Shown here one piece after another: positions 44,920 through 54,545 of a stretch of 64,000 bases of DNA; position 1 is the stretch's first letter; the number at the start of each line of letters is the position of its first letter. The notes below the pieces were generated by a model. That model was given only the letters and a program-made list of their open reading frames with translations, had not been told where the DNA came from and did no database searches. The stretch covers positions 1,888,001-1,952,000 of the forward strand of contig CBDHHL010000056.1 of NCBI GenBank assembly GCA_965263355.1, in the 5' to 3' direction. This DNA comes from Leptolyngbyaceae cyanobacterium. Its GTDB lineage: Bacteria; Cyanobacteriota; Cyanobacteriia; Phormidesmidales; Phormidesmidaceae. The position numbers and the translations under genes were made by a program.

Positions 44920-45588
44920 CTAGGCTCCCTGCTCTACCAGTAACCCCATAATCTCAGTATGGGAAAGACACTGATCTACACCGGTTTCTGCCAGGACCAG
45001 CCGCTCTTTGAGACCCAAAACAAAACAGTTTTCGTTTGCCCCCAGGGACTCACAGGCCGTTTGAACACAATGCAAATTTTGACCACTCAACTCACTAAAA
45101 AATACCTGTAATGCACCCATTTCCAAAAAACCTACAGGTCGTTCTAACTTAGGGGCATATTCAATAAATGCCGATGCACGGATTTTGATGACCAAAAAAC
45201 CTTGGGATTGGTAGCTTTTATCTAGGCTAATCTGGCCCCAACCGTGAGTGCCCCAACACTGCTGTAACGCTTGCATAAACTCAGCCATCGATAAACTTGA
45301 CACAGACCGATTATGGTAGTCAGTGAGTTCTTCGCAAAAGCGTATATAGAAGTTTTTCCCCCACCAGCGCCCACAGTTATACAACACCAGCATTGCTGCC
45401 TGACCCGTTTCCTTATCTAAACCAGCATAAATGGCTCGAATTAGCGTGTCAGGCAAGGCTAGCAGCCGATCACCACGACGATTTTCTAATAATCCCAGCT
45501 CAAGTGTGCCATGTACGTACACATCACTGGCAAAGTAGTTAGCCGTCAGGTTATTCTCTGCAAGTATGTCGGCTACCGATACCATCAA
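44920..45588 (-). CDS. V4R-domain protein
   Basis: LENRRGDRLLALP, CGRWWG, HGWG, CVQTACESLGANENCF. Confidence 0.85.
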   Translation of the reverse strand: MMVSVADILAENNLTANYFASDVYVHGTLELGLLENRRGDRLLALPDTLIRAIYAGLDKETGQAAMLVLYNCGRWWGKNFYIRFCEELTDYHNRSVSSLSMAEFMQALQQCWGTHGWGQISLDKSYQSQGFLVIKIRASAFIEYAPKLERPVGFLEMGALQVFFSELSGQNLHCVQTACESLGANENCFVLGLKERLVLAETGVDQCLSHTEIMGLLVEQGA

Positions 45589-45670
45589 GCTTCCTCTGGA
45601 GTCTCCTACAAAACTATACTTATGTGAATAATTCTATCATCAGAGAGTTTACTCAATCAGAACAGAGGAT

Positions 45671-46150
45671 TTACTCCTCGGCTTGTAATAGTTGCTGTGC
45701 AGATTCTAGAGCCGGTTTCAGGAGGGTAAATTGAGAATCGGTCAACAGCCTCGGTAGCTGTTGACTAAGGGAACGCTGCAGTAATGTATCAATTGCTTTG
45801 GTCTGGTAAACCGTCACCATGGTTGGCAACCACCCTTCGAGTCGTCGTCGCCCCAGGTGGACATCATCCACCAGCATGCCAAGGGCGGCATATCGCAGAA
45901 TCAAAATTGTTTGCTTAATGCTTTGTTCGAGGGAACTAGTATTTTCCCTCAACTCAGCAGGCAGTCGATCTACCAGTTCTTGGATCAGGTTAACTTCCCA
46001 TTCTCGCAGCTGACGATAGGCCCGAATGCGATCTGCCAAACTACCAACATACTGCCCAAGTTTGCTTAATTCTTGAGCTGTCAGATAGCCCTTATCTGGC
46101 TGTAGCTCAATCTGTCGCAAAATGTGTTGGCTAGGAGTCGTCATGGTCAT
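45671..46150 (-). CDS. phycobiliprotein-fold (allophycocyanin-like) protein
   Basis: PDKGYLTAQEL..L..Y start and ILRYAALGML helix. No bilin-binding Cys. Confidence 0.7.
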   Translation of the reverse strand: MTMTTPSQHILRQIELQPDKGYLTAQELSKLGQYVGSLADRIRAYRQLREWEVNLIQELVDRLPAELRENTSSLEQSIKQTILILRYAALGMLVDDVHLGRRRLEGWLPTMVTVYQTKAIDTLLQRSLSQQLPRLLTDSQFTLLKPALESAQQLLQAEE

Positions 46151-46271
46151 GCTAGAGGACAGCTTATATTCAAGACTTGAGCATAGCAGTAACCGTCAGT
46201 ACTCCCTCTCATTTAGATTACTGACCTATAGCGTCCTCTAGTCAGACAGTTTGTCCGGGCATAGACAAAGT

Positions 46272-46574
46272 TTAGAACAAAGCCGATAGGTCTTCTAGCG
46301 TCAAGGTATCGCTCCCCGTAGAGTCTATCTCATCAGAGGCAAGCACATCCCAATTGTTAGACGGTATTGCTGTCGCTGTACCTTGCCAAGGAAATGTACT
46401 AAAAAACTGTCCCACTGTTTCATAGGGAGAGGTTTCTAAGGTCACATCATCAAGACCTGACAATGCGAACGCATACCAATTAATTTGCTGAAAAAAGTCA
46501 CTGACCGAAAGCACTTCTAAGCCTTGACTATGTTGGCTAGTTAGAGGAGGCTGGCTCAGATTGCTCACCATCAC
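46272..46574 (-). CDS. small acidic hypothetical protein of the V4R cluster
   Basis: Start overlaps the upstream stop. Internal repeat SVSDFFQQINW / TVGQFFSTFPW. Ends LTLEDLSALF. Confidence 0.7.
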   Translation of the reverse strand: MMVSNLSQPPLTSQHSQGLEVLSVSDFFQQINWYAFALSGLDDVTLETSPYETVGQFFSTFPWQGTATAIPSNNWDVLASDEIDSTGSDTLTLEDLSALF

Positions 46575-47251
46575 AATGAGTCTCCAGAGCGCAAACGCTT
46601 TTCGATGTCGCTAGCGGTCGCCCCTTCATTTAACCAAAAGGCTGCTGCGTCAATCCGCTCTTTAGCACCTAGCAAAAATTTACAGTAGGTTTCGCCCATG
46701 GAGTAACATTGAATCTCAATACAGCTCAGCTGCTTACGCACCATCTCCGTAAAAAAGCCAGCATACAGCCCAGCATAGAGATAGCAAACTGGCTTGCCCA
46801 CGTCTCCCAGGGTACGGGCTACCGCTGAATCAAAAAGATTGATAAACATAAATCCCTGGGAACGATCAGCCATGTCAATTTCCCAACGTCCCCAGCCTTG
46901 AGCCGTGAAGGGCCACCACCAGGTTTCTAACAAAAACATTAGATTGGCCTGCTGTGGACTGATGTTGTATTCCCGCTCAAACCACTGATCAAAAAACAGT
47001 GAGTCCTGCTTACCCCATTCCAAACCGATGGAATACATTACAGCTGCCGAAGCCGCGCCAACTTCTTCCTCCAACCCTTCTAACAAACCGATAATAAAAT
47101 CTTCGCTGGTCAGAATATTGCGGCTACCATTCCAGTCAGAAATCGTGCCCACCGATGTATTGAATTGGAAAAAATCGGAAAACTTATAGTGGTTATGCTT
47201 GTGGGGGTATTGCTGACGTAGCTGGTGAGACAGAACCGACGGGGTATCCAT
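46571..47251 (-). CDS. V4R-domain protein
   Basis: HNHY, QGWGRW, GKPVC...AGFF, CIEIQCYSMGETYCKF. Confidence 0.9.
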   Translation of the reverse strand: MDTPSVLSHQLRQQYPHKHNHYKFSDFFQFNTSVGTISDWNGSRNILTSEDFIIGLLEGLEEEVGAASAAVMYSIGLEWGKQDSLFFDQWFEREYNISPQQANLMFLLETWWWPFTAQGWGRWEIDMADRSQGFMFINLFDSAVARTLGDVGKPVCYLYAGLYAGFFTEMVRKQLSCIEIQCYSMGETYCKFLLGAKERIDAAAFWLNEGATASDIEKRLRSGDSL

Positions 47252-47288
47252 AGGGCTTGATGTACCTGGACGTACTTTTAGGGTAACG

Positions 47289-47759
47289 CTATTGACCTAG
47301 TAAAAGCCTGGCCTGAGCTAAAATTGGGCAAAATAGCTCAGCCTCTTGGGGTGTAAGATATTGACGCACGACATCCTGCATGACTTTGTAAGTAATATTG
47401 CAGCTTGGCTGTGCCTTAAAGGATCGCATAATCGATTGAAACCATAGTAGAAAGCTTTCTTCGAAACCTTCTTCATCGGCTACTAACAGGGCATGGGCAC
47501 AGTAACGTAACCCCCTCACAGCATCACGTTGCCATTTAGCGCTAAAGTCTACTTTGCCACGCTGGAGCAATTGAGGATCGGCAGCTTTTAACTTTTTCTT
47601 AACCTGCTGGATAATCTCTTTTTCGGCTTTCTGAATTTTTTGGTAAGCACTAAATCGCAGACGAGCTGTTTTCAAATAATCTTGCAAAAATAGCAGCTCA
47701 GTATCGGTGGCATAGCGACCATCTACTTCACGGACAAGGGTTTGCAGTTGGCTCAGCAT
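47289..47759 (-). CDS. phycobiliprotein-fold (allophycocyanin-like) protein
   Basis: EVDGRYATDTEL and KWQRD...LRY, the CxRD..LRY helix with Trp at the Cys position. ATG 47759 preferred. Confidence 0.8.
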   Translation of the reverse strand: MLSQLQTLVREVDGRYATDTELLFLQDYLKTARLRFSAYQKIQKAEKEIIQQVKKKLKAADPQLLQRGKVDFSAKWQRDAVRGLRYCAHALLVADEEGFEESFLLWFQSIMRSFKAQPSCNITYKVMQDVVRQYLTPQEAELFCPILAQARLLLGQ

Positions 47760-47857
47760 AGGGGAAACGGCAGTGGGCAGCAGTAGGGTGGGGAAGCCCA
47801 CCAGAAAGGAGGGTTAGAGTACCATATGTCCGTCAAAAAAACGTCCACATAAGACTA

Positions 47858-48202
47858 CTAGTAGCGGGGAATCGACCTATCTACAAGGCGTGCATAGGCG
47901 TCGATGCCGCCAGAGAGGTTTTTGGTTTGCTCAAAGCCTTGACGCTGAAGCCATTGACACATTTGGGCAGAACGCATGCCATGGTGACACATAACGATGG
48001 TTTCAAGGTTTGGGTCTAAGTGGGTAAAAATTTGCTCAGCCCAGTCTGGATATTGACTGAGGGGTAAATGGACAAAGTTGGGTAGGTGTGCGATCGCAAC
48101 TTCCTCGGGTTCCCGCACATCTACCAGTTGTAATTCTTTCTCGGCCAACCGCTGAGCAAAGTCTGGCGCTGATATTTCTTCGACACCTGCTATTCCGTAC
48201 AT
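47858..48202 (-). CDS. single-domain rhodanese
   Basis: VDVREPEE, CHHGMRS, NLSGGIDAY. Confidence 0.92.
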   Translation of the reverse strand: MYGIAGVEEISAPDFAQRLAEKELQLVDVREPEEVAIAHLPNFVHLPLSQYPDWAEQIFTHLDPNLETIVMCHHGMRSAQMCQWLQRQGFEQTKNLSGGIDAYARLVDRSIPRY

Positions 48203-48316
48203 AGATCGTTTTTGATATCGTCATCACCTATTGACTAGGGTAACGTTTGCAATTAGCAAAAAAGAGGTTAGCAACAACCCTAGATTGAACAACTATTGAG
48301 CATCTACATTAAGATG

Positions 48317-50617
48317 TCATGGCTCTAGCCATGTCGTTGGCAGTAAACAAGGAGGTAGCACAGGGCGAGGAGCTAGCACAGTCGGTATCCCTGATTGCCT
48401 AATGCTATCTAGAAAACAACCATACTGATATTTCACATCAAGCCGTTGCGAGAAAATGCTGTGGGAATTTTTAATTCCATCTCCCTCATATTGCACCACA
48501 ATACCCGTGTACGGTATCCCCGTTTCACTTACCATATTCTGAGCAATTGGATAGGATAAAACCCCCTCTAGCCCATCTAACGCCAAGGATGTCTGCATTT
48601 CAGGCCATAATGTAGGGCCAGCCTGTTGCACACCACTCGCTAGGGCAACTGCATCAAAGACAGCCTCAGGAAAATCACTATCGAACTGTCCCACAGGTTG
48701 ATAAATTGATCGTACTGGATGACCAGGTAGAGGGCGTCTAGCAATCCGAGGCATATACACCATTGGTTCTACCGGTTCCCAAGCAGTCTGAAGCAGTCGT
48801 AAAGCTGGGTATAGATGGTTGAGTGGCTCTGGCTGTTTGAGCGTTTGCCCCAGTAGTCTGCCAATCTCACGAAAATCATCGACTACACAATCATCAGGTA
48901 AGTCTTCTAGGGAAAATCCCCGTGCTCGGAGACCTTCACAGTAGCCTGGTAAGGCTGCTTCTAAGTTGGCTTGACGCTCATCTGAATGGGCCAAAATTGA
49001 AAACAATAATGCCCAAAAGCCACCTGATCCTGTGGGAATAACCGCTCCAATTTTAGGTTCGACCGCTGCCATCATGACAGCATATTGGGCCCCTTGGGAT
49101 TGCCCCAAAGCAATTACCGAATCCGTATTCAATCGAAAATGAGTTTCTTCAGCAGGCAACGTGGGGCCTGGACACCCTTCTAGCGCTGCTGCTGGAATCT
49201 GTAAGGTCTCCAGCGCCGATAATAAGAGACGCTGCTCAATCACCCCTTGACGGAATGTATCTCGATAAGCAGAGAGATTTACTGGATTAAGATAAATACG
49301 GCCATCCAACAACTCTGAAAAGACTATAGCAGCGACATTATCAAGACGTTCTGGGTTAAGGGGCAATGCACTGGCAACCGAGGCAAAGCCATGGCGACCG
49401 ACTACATCAGCGGGACCTCGATCTGGCAATCGATTGAGTTCCGGTTCCAGGCCTTGATTTATCAGTCGCTCTAGATTTGGTTTGGGGACCGGCCCCCGGT
49501 CGACCACCTGGGTACTGAGTCCACCCGTGCCGTGGTAATAAGCCACCAATGGATATCCTTCTAGTGGCATGGTAGTTTTGGGCAACGTAATTACCAAGGG
49601 GACTGTCTGATACCGTTGGCGCTTTAGATTGCCATGGTCATCAAAGACAAATAAACCCTCCTTTTCTTCGTACCTGAAGTAGGGAGGAAAACCTTGTTGA
49701 AATTGGGGCAGTTTAATTGTGGCGGTAAATTTGCAGTAGTCGAGATCTGAGATAGTTTGGGTAGAATCGTACTCGACTGAACGAATACTAGGAGTATATG
49801 TCTTCAGAACATGATCTGAAAGTTGTGCCATGTCGGTCACCACATCTCCAGTGGTAAAAACTGTGGCGACCACTACACTTTCTCGATTAATACCTAACTT
49901 GTCGAGGGTTTCCCATAGAGGATTATAGAGAACATAGGCCAGAAACTTCCGTCGCATCTGTCCTGGAGGAATATTGCCCTGCCTCAATTGAGCAAAGACA
50001 TCTGTAGTATGCAATGACTGACCATTGGCATCCTTGAGGGAATCTCGCACTACATAGGCATACTGACGATTGGGCTTGAGCACAATACCTGGATAGGGTG
50101 AAACGGCCAGCAAGTGCTCAGGTACATAGAATGGATCGGGAGCTAGGGTGGAAGCTACAACGGGAAATAAACGCCCCCGCTCCGGTGAATTGCGATCAAT
50201 ATCAATCAGAAGAATAGGGGAGTCGATGTCCGCTGGAATCAATTGCTCAACATCTAGCGGTGCAAGGGATTGGTTGAAGTGGAAATAGCCTGCAGCAGTG
50301 GTGGGGAAGCCGGTGCGATCGCTAGCAATGGTTTTGAGACGCTTAAATAGGCCAACGCCAAATTGTGAATAAACTGGAAATGCTGACAGATCAGGTTGTC
50401 TATTTTCATCGAGGCGAAAATCTGACGGATAGGGCAGATTGTAAAACTGATCTTCATCTTGCAAATCAGCATTGAGATCAAAGGTGGCCGTTGTTTTGCT
50501 AATCGTTTGAGCAAGAACAGCAGCAGCAGGGAAATTTGAGCTAATGAAAAGAAAGCTGAGGGCTAAGCCTAGTTTGCGCCAGTTTCGAAGGCTGTTAGAA
50601 ACCACTGAAGATGTCAT
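48317..50617 (-). CDS. secreted alpha/beta-hydrolase-like protein with N-terminal Ig-like region
   Basis: Signal peptide, PYPSD, YYHGTGG, GQSQG nucleophile elbow, late His (NSH). Confidence 0.65.
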   Translation of the reverse strand: MTSSVVSNSLRNWRKLGLALSFLFISSNFPAAAVLAQTISKTTATFDLNADLQDEDQFYNLPYPSDFRLDENRQPDLSAFPVYSQFGVGLFKRLKTIASDRTGFPTTAAGYFHFNQSLAPLDVEQLIPADIDSPILLIDIDRNSPERGRLFPVVASTLAPDPFYVPEHLLAVSPYPGIVLKPNRQYAYVVRDSLKDANGQSLHTTDVFAQLRQGNIPPGQMRRKFLAYVLYNPLWETLDKLGINRESVVVATVFTTGDVVTDMAQLSDHVLKTYTPSIRSVEYDSTQTISDLDYCKFTATIKLPQFQQGFPPYFRYEEKEGLFVFDDHGNLKRQRYQTVPLVITLPKTTMPLEGYPLVAYYHGTGGLSTQVVDRGPVPKPNLERLINQGLEPELNRLPDRGPADVVGRHGFASVASALPLNPERLDNVAAIVFSELLDGRIYLNPVNLSAYRDTFRQGVIEQRLLLSALETLQIPAAALEGCPGPTLPAEETHFRLNTDSVIALGQSQGAQYAVMMAAVEPKIGAVIPTGSGGFWALLFSILAHSDERQANLEAALPGYCEGLRARGFSLEDLPDDCVVDDFREIGRLLGQTLKQPEPLNHLYPALRLLQTAWEPVEPMVYMPRIARRPLPGHPVRSIYQPVGQFDSDFPEAVFDAVALASGVQQAGPTLWPEMQTSLALDGLEGVLSYPIAQNMVSETGIPYTGIVVQYEGDGIKNSHSIFSQRLDVKYQYGCFLDSIRQSGIPTVLAPRPVLPPCLLPTTWLEP

Positions 50618-50787
50618 CTCGATTTTTGGAGCATTTTCATCAGTATAGAGGCAACCTTGCCTCCAGGATCTACATGGTGCAAAAGCTTGAATTGTCTTTA
50701 TTTCCTTATCGACACTTTACAGAACCTGATAGAAACCTGTTAACCAGGGCTGTAGTTCAGCTTAACACTCAACGAAAAACCACAATC

Positions 50788-51519
50788 ATGACTGCCGCTC
50801 TCTCTTCTCCATCATCTCTCATCAGCAAGACCTCTCCTTTCTGGAGTCGTTACTTTACTCAAAATGCAAAACGTTGGGAAGAATTTATCAAAATGTTTGA
50901 GGCTCAGAATTTAACATTGAATGCAGCATTTGTTAAATCGATCCAAACGTTTCAATTAGGAGAACAATCTGAGGGGCGTTGTTTGATGCAGCTAGCTCAG
51001 CAGTATGCCGACACCCATGGAGATCCTGAGTATGTTCAGACAATTCGACAGTTTATTAAAGAAGAACAGCGGCACGCACACTTCTTAAAGTTGGCACTAC
51101 AGGCGCATGGTTCCACTGTTATAGAGAAAAATTGGACGGACAATCTCTTTCGTAAAATCCGTAAACTATGTGGTTTAGAGATGATGGCATCAGTTCTATT
51201 TACCGCTGAAATTATTGCTGTGACTTACTATGGTTGCCTGGCAAAGGTGAGCGAACATCCATTGGCGAGACAATTATTTGAGCGCATTCTGCAGGATGAA
51301 GCAATGCATCTTAAGTTTCATGGAGAACATTTACGGAAGTTACGCAGCCGAGGGCGATGGAGCAATTTTCGCAGTGGATTGAATCGTGGTTTTATGTGGG
51401 CAGTCGCCGCTGTGGTATGGCGCGAACATTATGTGGTATTGCACCATGGTTTTAAGTCATTTAGACAGTTTTTGAAGCGGTGCGATGGGCAGCTAACCCA
51501 GGTAATTATAGATTTTTAA
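50788..51519 (+). CDS. ferritin-like (diiron) protein
   Basis: FQLGE, EEQRH, AEIIA..YY, DEAMH. ATG 50788 preferred. Confidence 0.8.
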   Translation: MTAALSSPSSLISKTSPFWSRYFTQNAKRWEEFIKMFEAQNLTLNAAFVKSIQTFQLGEQSEGRCLMQLAQQYADTHGDPEYVQTIRQFIKEEQRHAHFLKLALQAHGSTVIEKNWTDNLFRKIRKLCGLEMMASVLFTAEIIAVTYYGCLAKVSEHPLARQLFERILQDEAMHLKFHGEHLRKLRSRGRWSNFRSGLNRGFMWAVAAVVWREHYVVLHHGFKSFRQFLKRCDGQLTQVIIDF

Positions 51520-51527
51520 GCGGTTTT

Positions 51528-51575
51528 ACTCGCTTCCAAGGCTCTATCTGAAGCGGACTATGGACTCCGTGGTTC
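51528..51575. repeat. degenerate palindromic repeat, copy 1 (ACTCGCT.CCAAGGCTCT...)
   Basis: Shares its start with the copies at 52535 and 52921. Right end approximate. Confidence 0.55.
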
Positions 51576-51941
51576 CGTTGTTGTTAGCGAAATTATTTGC
51601 CAAATAGCCAGCTAAACAGCACTGCAATCAGAGCTTTTTTGCCAGTGTAAACCTTACAGGTACCAGCAGTCATCTGAGTGATCTCCATAAGCGCTTGCTC
51701 GATGTCGTTGTTAGGTAAGTCGGGGGTTAGTTTATCCAAAGAAGTTATCGAGCCTCTAGTTACAATCTTAAGCCAGATATTCCTAATCGTAGGGAATCAT
51801 ATCATTCGTAGAATACCCATTTTGCTGAGGTTTACTTTACTTAAACGGTGTTAAATACACTGCCAGTATGGGGGGTATATATCAGAATAATAGCGAAACC
51901 CAAGGGTTTGACTTACAGTTGAGCTAGCGCTAGAGGGCAAA

Positions 51942-52535
51942 GTGATGACGATTGCCACACTTAAAACCTATACGGCTGAGGAATATCTGGCTCTGGAAGT
52001 AGAGTCCGAGCTGCGCCATGAGTGCCGGGCTGGAGAAATTATAGAAATGACGGGGGGGACACCTGCGCATAATAAACTATCAAGTGCGTTGAATGCATTG
52101 CTGTGGTTTGGCTTACGGAAGCAGCCGTACACGGTATTTGTAACGGATCAACGACTGTGGATTCCAGCGGTTGACCTATATACATATCCGGATGTGATGA
52201 TTGTTGCGGAGCCACCGGAGCTGAAACCGGGTCGTAAGGATACGGTTATTAATCCGATATTGCTTGCTGAAACTCTCTCACGATCAACTCAAAACTATGA
52301 TCGTGGTGAGAAGTTTGTGCATTATCGCACCATTGACACCTTTCAGGAGTACATGTTGATTGACCAGTATCGTCCTTTTGTGGAGCATCACGTAAAACAA
52401 TCTGAGAATCAGTGGTTATTGACTGAACATCAAGGGTTAGATACGTCTTTTTCACTGATATCTGTACCCGTTGAGATTGCACTGGCAGATTTATATGAAG
52501 GGATTGAGTTTGAGACACCTGAAGAGAGTATTTGA
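51942..52535 (+). CDS. Uma2 (DUF820) family endonuclease-like protein
   Basis: YTAEEYL, YPDVMI, ETLSRST..YDRGEKF..Y, EYMLIDQ. Confidence 0.92.
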   Translation: MMTIATLKTYTAEEYLALEVESELRHECRAGEIIEMTGGTPAHNKLSSALNALLWFGLRKQPYTVFVTDQRLWIPAVDLYTYPDVMIVAEPPELKPGRKDTVINPILLAETLSRSTQNYDRGEKFVHYRTIDTFQEYMLIDQYRPFVEHHVKQSENQWLLTEHQGLDTSFSLISVPVEIALADLYEGIEFETPEESI

Positions 52536-52627
52536 CTCGCTGCCAAAGCTTACCTGAAGTGTTTTTTATGGCTCTGCTATTAGCAGACGGGAGGAACCTC
52601 AGCGATTTGGCTTCGCTGCGTACAAGA
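52535..52627. repeat. degenerate palindromic repeat, copy 2
   Basis: ACTCGCTGCCAAAGCTTACCTG...TGGCTCTGC...CTCAG aligns with copy 3. Confidence 0.6.
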
Positions 52628-52650
52628 TTTTTGTGCGAGGCAAATGGCAT

Positions 52651-52920
52651 GAGTTTAACACCAACTGGCAAAATGACTATGCCCGGAAGGTTGAGGACTA
52701 TGCGCTTTTGGGTGTGCCAGACTATTGGATTGTGGACTATTTAGGTTTAGAGGGACGGGAGTATATTGGTAACCCGAAACAGCCTACGATTACGGGTTGT
52801 CATTTGGTGAATGAGATGTCTGAGAAGTATTTGTTTCGCTAGACTGATATTGTTGAATCAGCTACATTTCCTGAACTACGCCTTAAGACTGAGAAGATTT
52901 TTGCTGCTAGGCAAATGTAA
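52651..52920 (+). pseudogene. 5'-truncated Uma2 pseudogene
   Basis: TNWQNDYARKVEDYALLGVPDYWIVDY...FR*TDIVESATFPELRL...QM*, with an in-frame TAG at 52840-52842 and the N-terminal half missing. Confidence 0.8.
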
Positions 52921-53022
52921 ACTCGCTCCCAAGGCTCTGCCTGGAGCAGGTTGTTGTGGCTCTGCCACTTACAGGAGGCAGGGGTCTCAGAGGATATGCT
53001 CATCCAGAAGCTGGGCACCAGA
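52921..53022. repeat. degenerate palindromic repeat, copy 3
   Basis: ACTCGCTCCCAAGGCTCTGCCTGG...GGCTCTGCC...GGCAGGGGTC...CTGGGCACCAGA, an imperfect hairpin. Confidence 0.65.
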
Positions 53023-53185
53023 CAAATAATCGCCTCTTAATCCAAAGGTTCGATTGTATCAGTTGCTAGCTCAGCCATAACCTAATAACCCCCTTTGCTA
53101 GGACTACCATGGGTTCACAAAAGACTGTGCCTGCATGCCTAAATGACGGGACTTACGGATTAACCAACGGTAAACGCCACCTGGC

Positions 53186-53587
53186 TCACCCACATCGTAG
53201 CTCATAGGTAAATTCATGTTGCTTGTCAGCGCTAGGACTATTGCCATGGGCCTGGGCACCATACTGGGCAATTGCTCGAATAATCTCTTCTTTAGTGTGA
53301 GAGAATGTTTTTACAACTGCATGTAAGTCTTTCAACAGATCGGGTTCTTGCTCAGGAGCCGTTTGAATATCGGTTTCAATAGCTGATACAAGATAATTAT
53401 GTTCATCTGCCTGGTCCAGTAGATGGGAAAGGCTACCTAAGTCGGGACCAGTAAGATATAGCAAGAAGAAACGAACACTGGCCAGCCAGCTTTTACCAAA
53501 CCCTATGGCGTCACAAATTTCATGGCCTTGAATTTTTAGCTGAGCAGCGTTGAGTTGGGGGTAAGACTCACAATAGGTCATGATCAA
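53186..53587 (-). CDS. hypothetical protein
   Basis: 133-aa ATG ORF with no recognised motif. Confidence 0.45.
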   Translation of the reverse strand: MIMTYCESYPQLNAAQLKIQGHEICDAIGFGKSWLASVRFFLLYLTGPDLGSLSHLLDQADEHNYLVSAIETDIQTAPEQEPDLLKDLHAVVKTFSHTKEEIIRAIAQYGAQAHGNSPSADKQHEFTYELRCG

Positions 53588-53734
53588 TAGAAAATAGGTT
53601 GAAACGATTCGCAGTTAATAGTTACAACACAGTGTTATCTGTGAATCTCGGATAAAAATCAATCAACCTTCCGCCTTCTAGACTGTCATACAATAAATGA
53701 TAATACGCATCAACTCTTAGTAAGGCATTGTATC

Positions 53735-54340
53735 TTACCAATCTTCCAGCCAATAAACCACGTCTGAGGTGACTTCATTAATAGCCACACCATAATGGAG
53801 AGAATGATTCCAGTCATACTCTGGAGCACCACGGGTATCTTCTAACACATAGATGGCATACTCACTCGGAAAGTCTGGTGTAAGCACTTCTGACCCATGA
53901 TCACCTGTATGAAACCGGTAGTCAAACGAAATATTGACACCATTGGGACTTATTTCTTCTTTAGGGCTATTATTGTCACCTCTTGGCACATACTGCCGTT
54001 TTACTTGGGGTTGAAACTCAGCGACAAGTGCCGAAATCTCATCGGACGAAAGCTGCATACGCAGTTGTAAGATTGTTCCCCCTTGCAAAAAACCAGGTGC
54101 AAAATAGAATTTTACATTTTTGGCATGGCTCGGGATTTGTCTCGGGAAATGAGCCATTGATGGATCATCCGATGAGGCAACAATTTCTGGATAGCGTTCA
54201 ATGTCGGTAACAACCTCTGTTGCTTCGTCAAACTGGGTTGCAGACCAGCGAAGAAATACTAACCCACCTAAGGTGACAACACCGCCTAAACAAAGTGTGG
54301 CAATCAAAATGGCTTTGAAGAGTTTTTTGACAGGTGCCAT
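53735..54340 (-). CDS. hypothetical membrane-anchored protein
   Basis: N-terminal TM, HFP..IP, PGFLQGG, ends YWLEDW. Confidence 0.75.
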   Translation of the reverse strand: MAPVKKLFKAILIATLCLGGVVTLGGLVFLRWSATQFDEATEVVTDIERYPEIVASSDDPSMAHFPRQIPSHAKNVKFYFAPGFLQGGTILQLRMQLSSDEISALVAEFQPQVKRQYVPRGDNNSPKEEISPNGVNISFDYRFHTGDHGSEVLTPDFPSEYAIYVLEDTRGAPEYDWNHSLHYGVAINEVTSDVVYWLEDW

Positions 54341-54461
54341 AGGTTAATACGGTTATGAGGTGGAAGGTGTGCTCTGAGATTTGAGGTTTTCTGGGCTGCG
54401 ATTGGTCTTTTATAAGATGGGTTTATGCGTGTAGCTCGGATAGTAGCTATAGGTTTTGGTG

Positions 54462-54505
54462 CCCTCATCCTAAATCCTTCTCCCCAGGGAGAAGGACTTT
54501 GAGGG
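54462..54505. repeat. short palindromic cyanobacterial repeat
   Basis: CCCTCATCCTAAATCCTTCTCCCCAGGGAGAAGGACTTTGAGGG, with a TCCTTCTCCC/GGGAGAAGGA hairpin inside CCCTCA/TGAGGG. Confidence 0.6.
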
Positions 54506-54545
54506 AGTGGCTAACTTTCCAGAAGAGAGTTGACTTAAACTGATT

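Noticed and set aside
51593..51820. Minus-strand frame MGILRMI*FPTIRNIW...LFGK between repeat copies
   Set aside because: It has an early stop and no recognisable family. It may be a gene remnant but is not supportable.
52249..53029. ORFs 52249-52671 (-), 52532-52744 (+) and 52811-53029 (+)
   Set aside because: Better explained by Uma2, the Uma2 pseudogene and the palindromic repeats.
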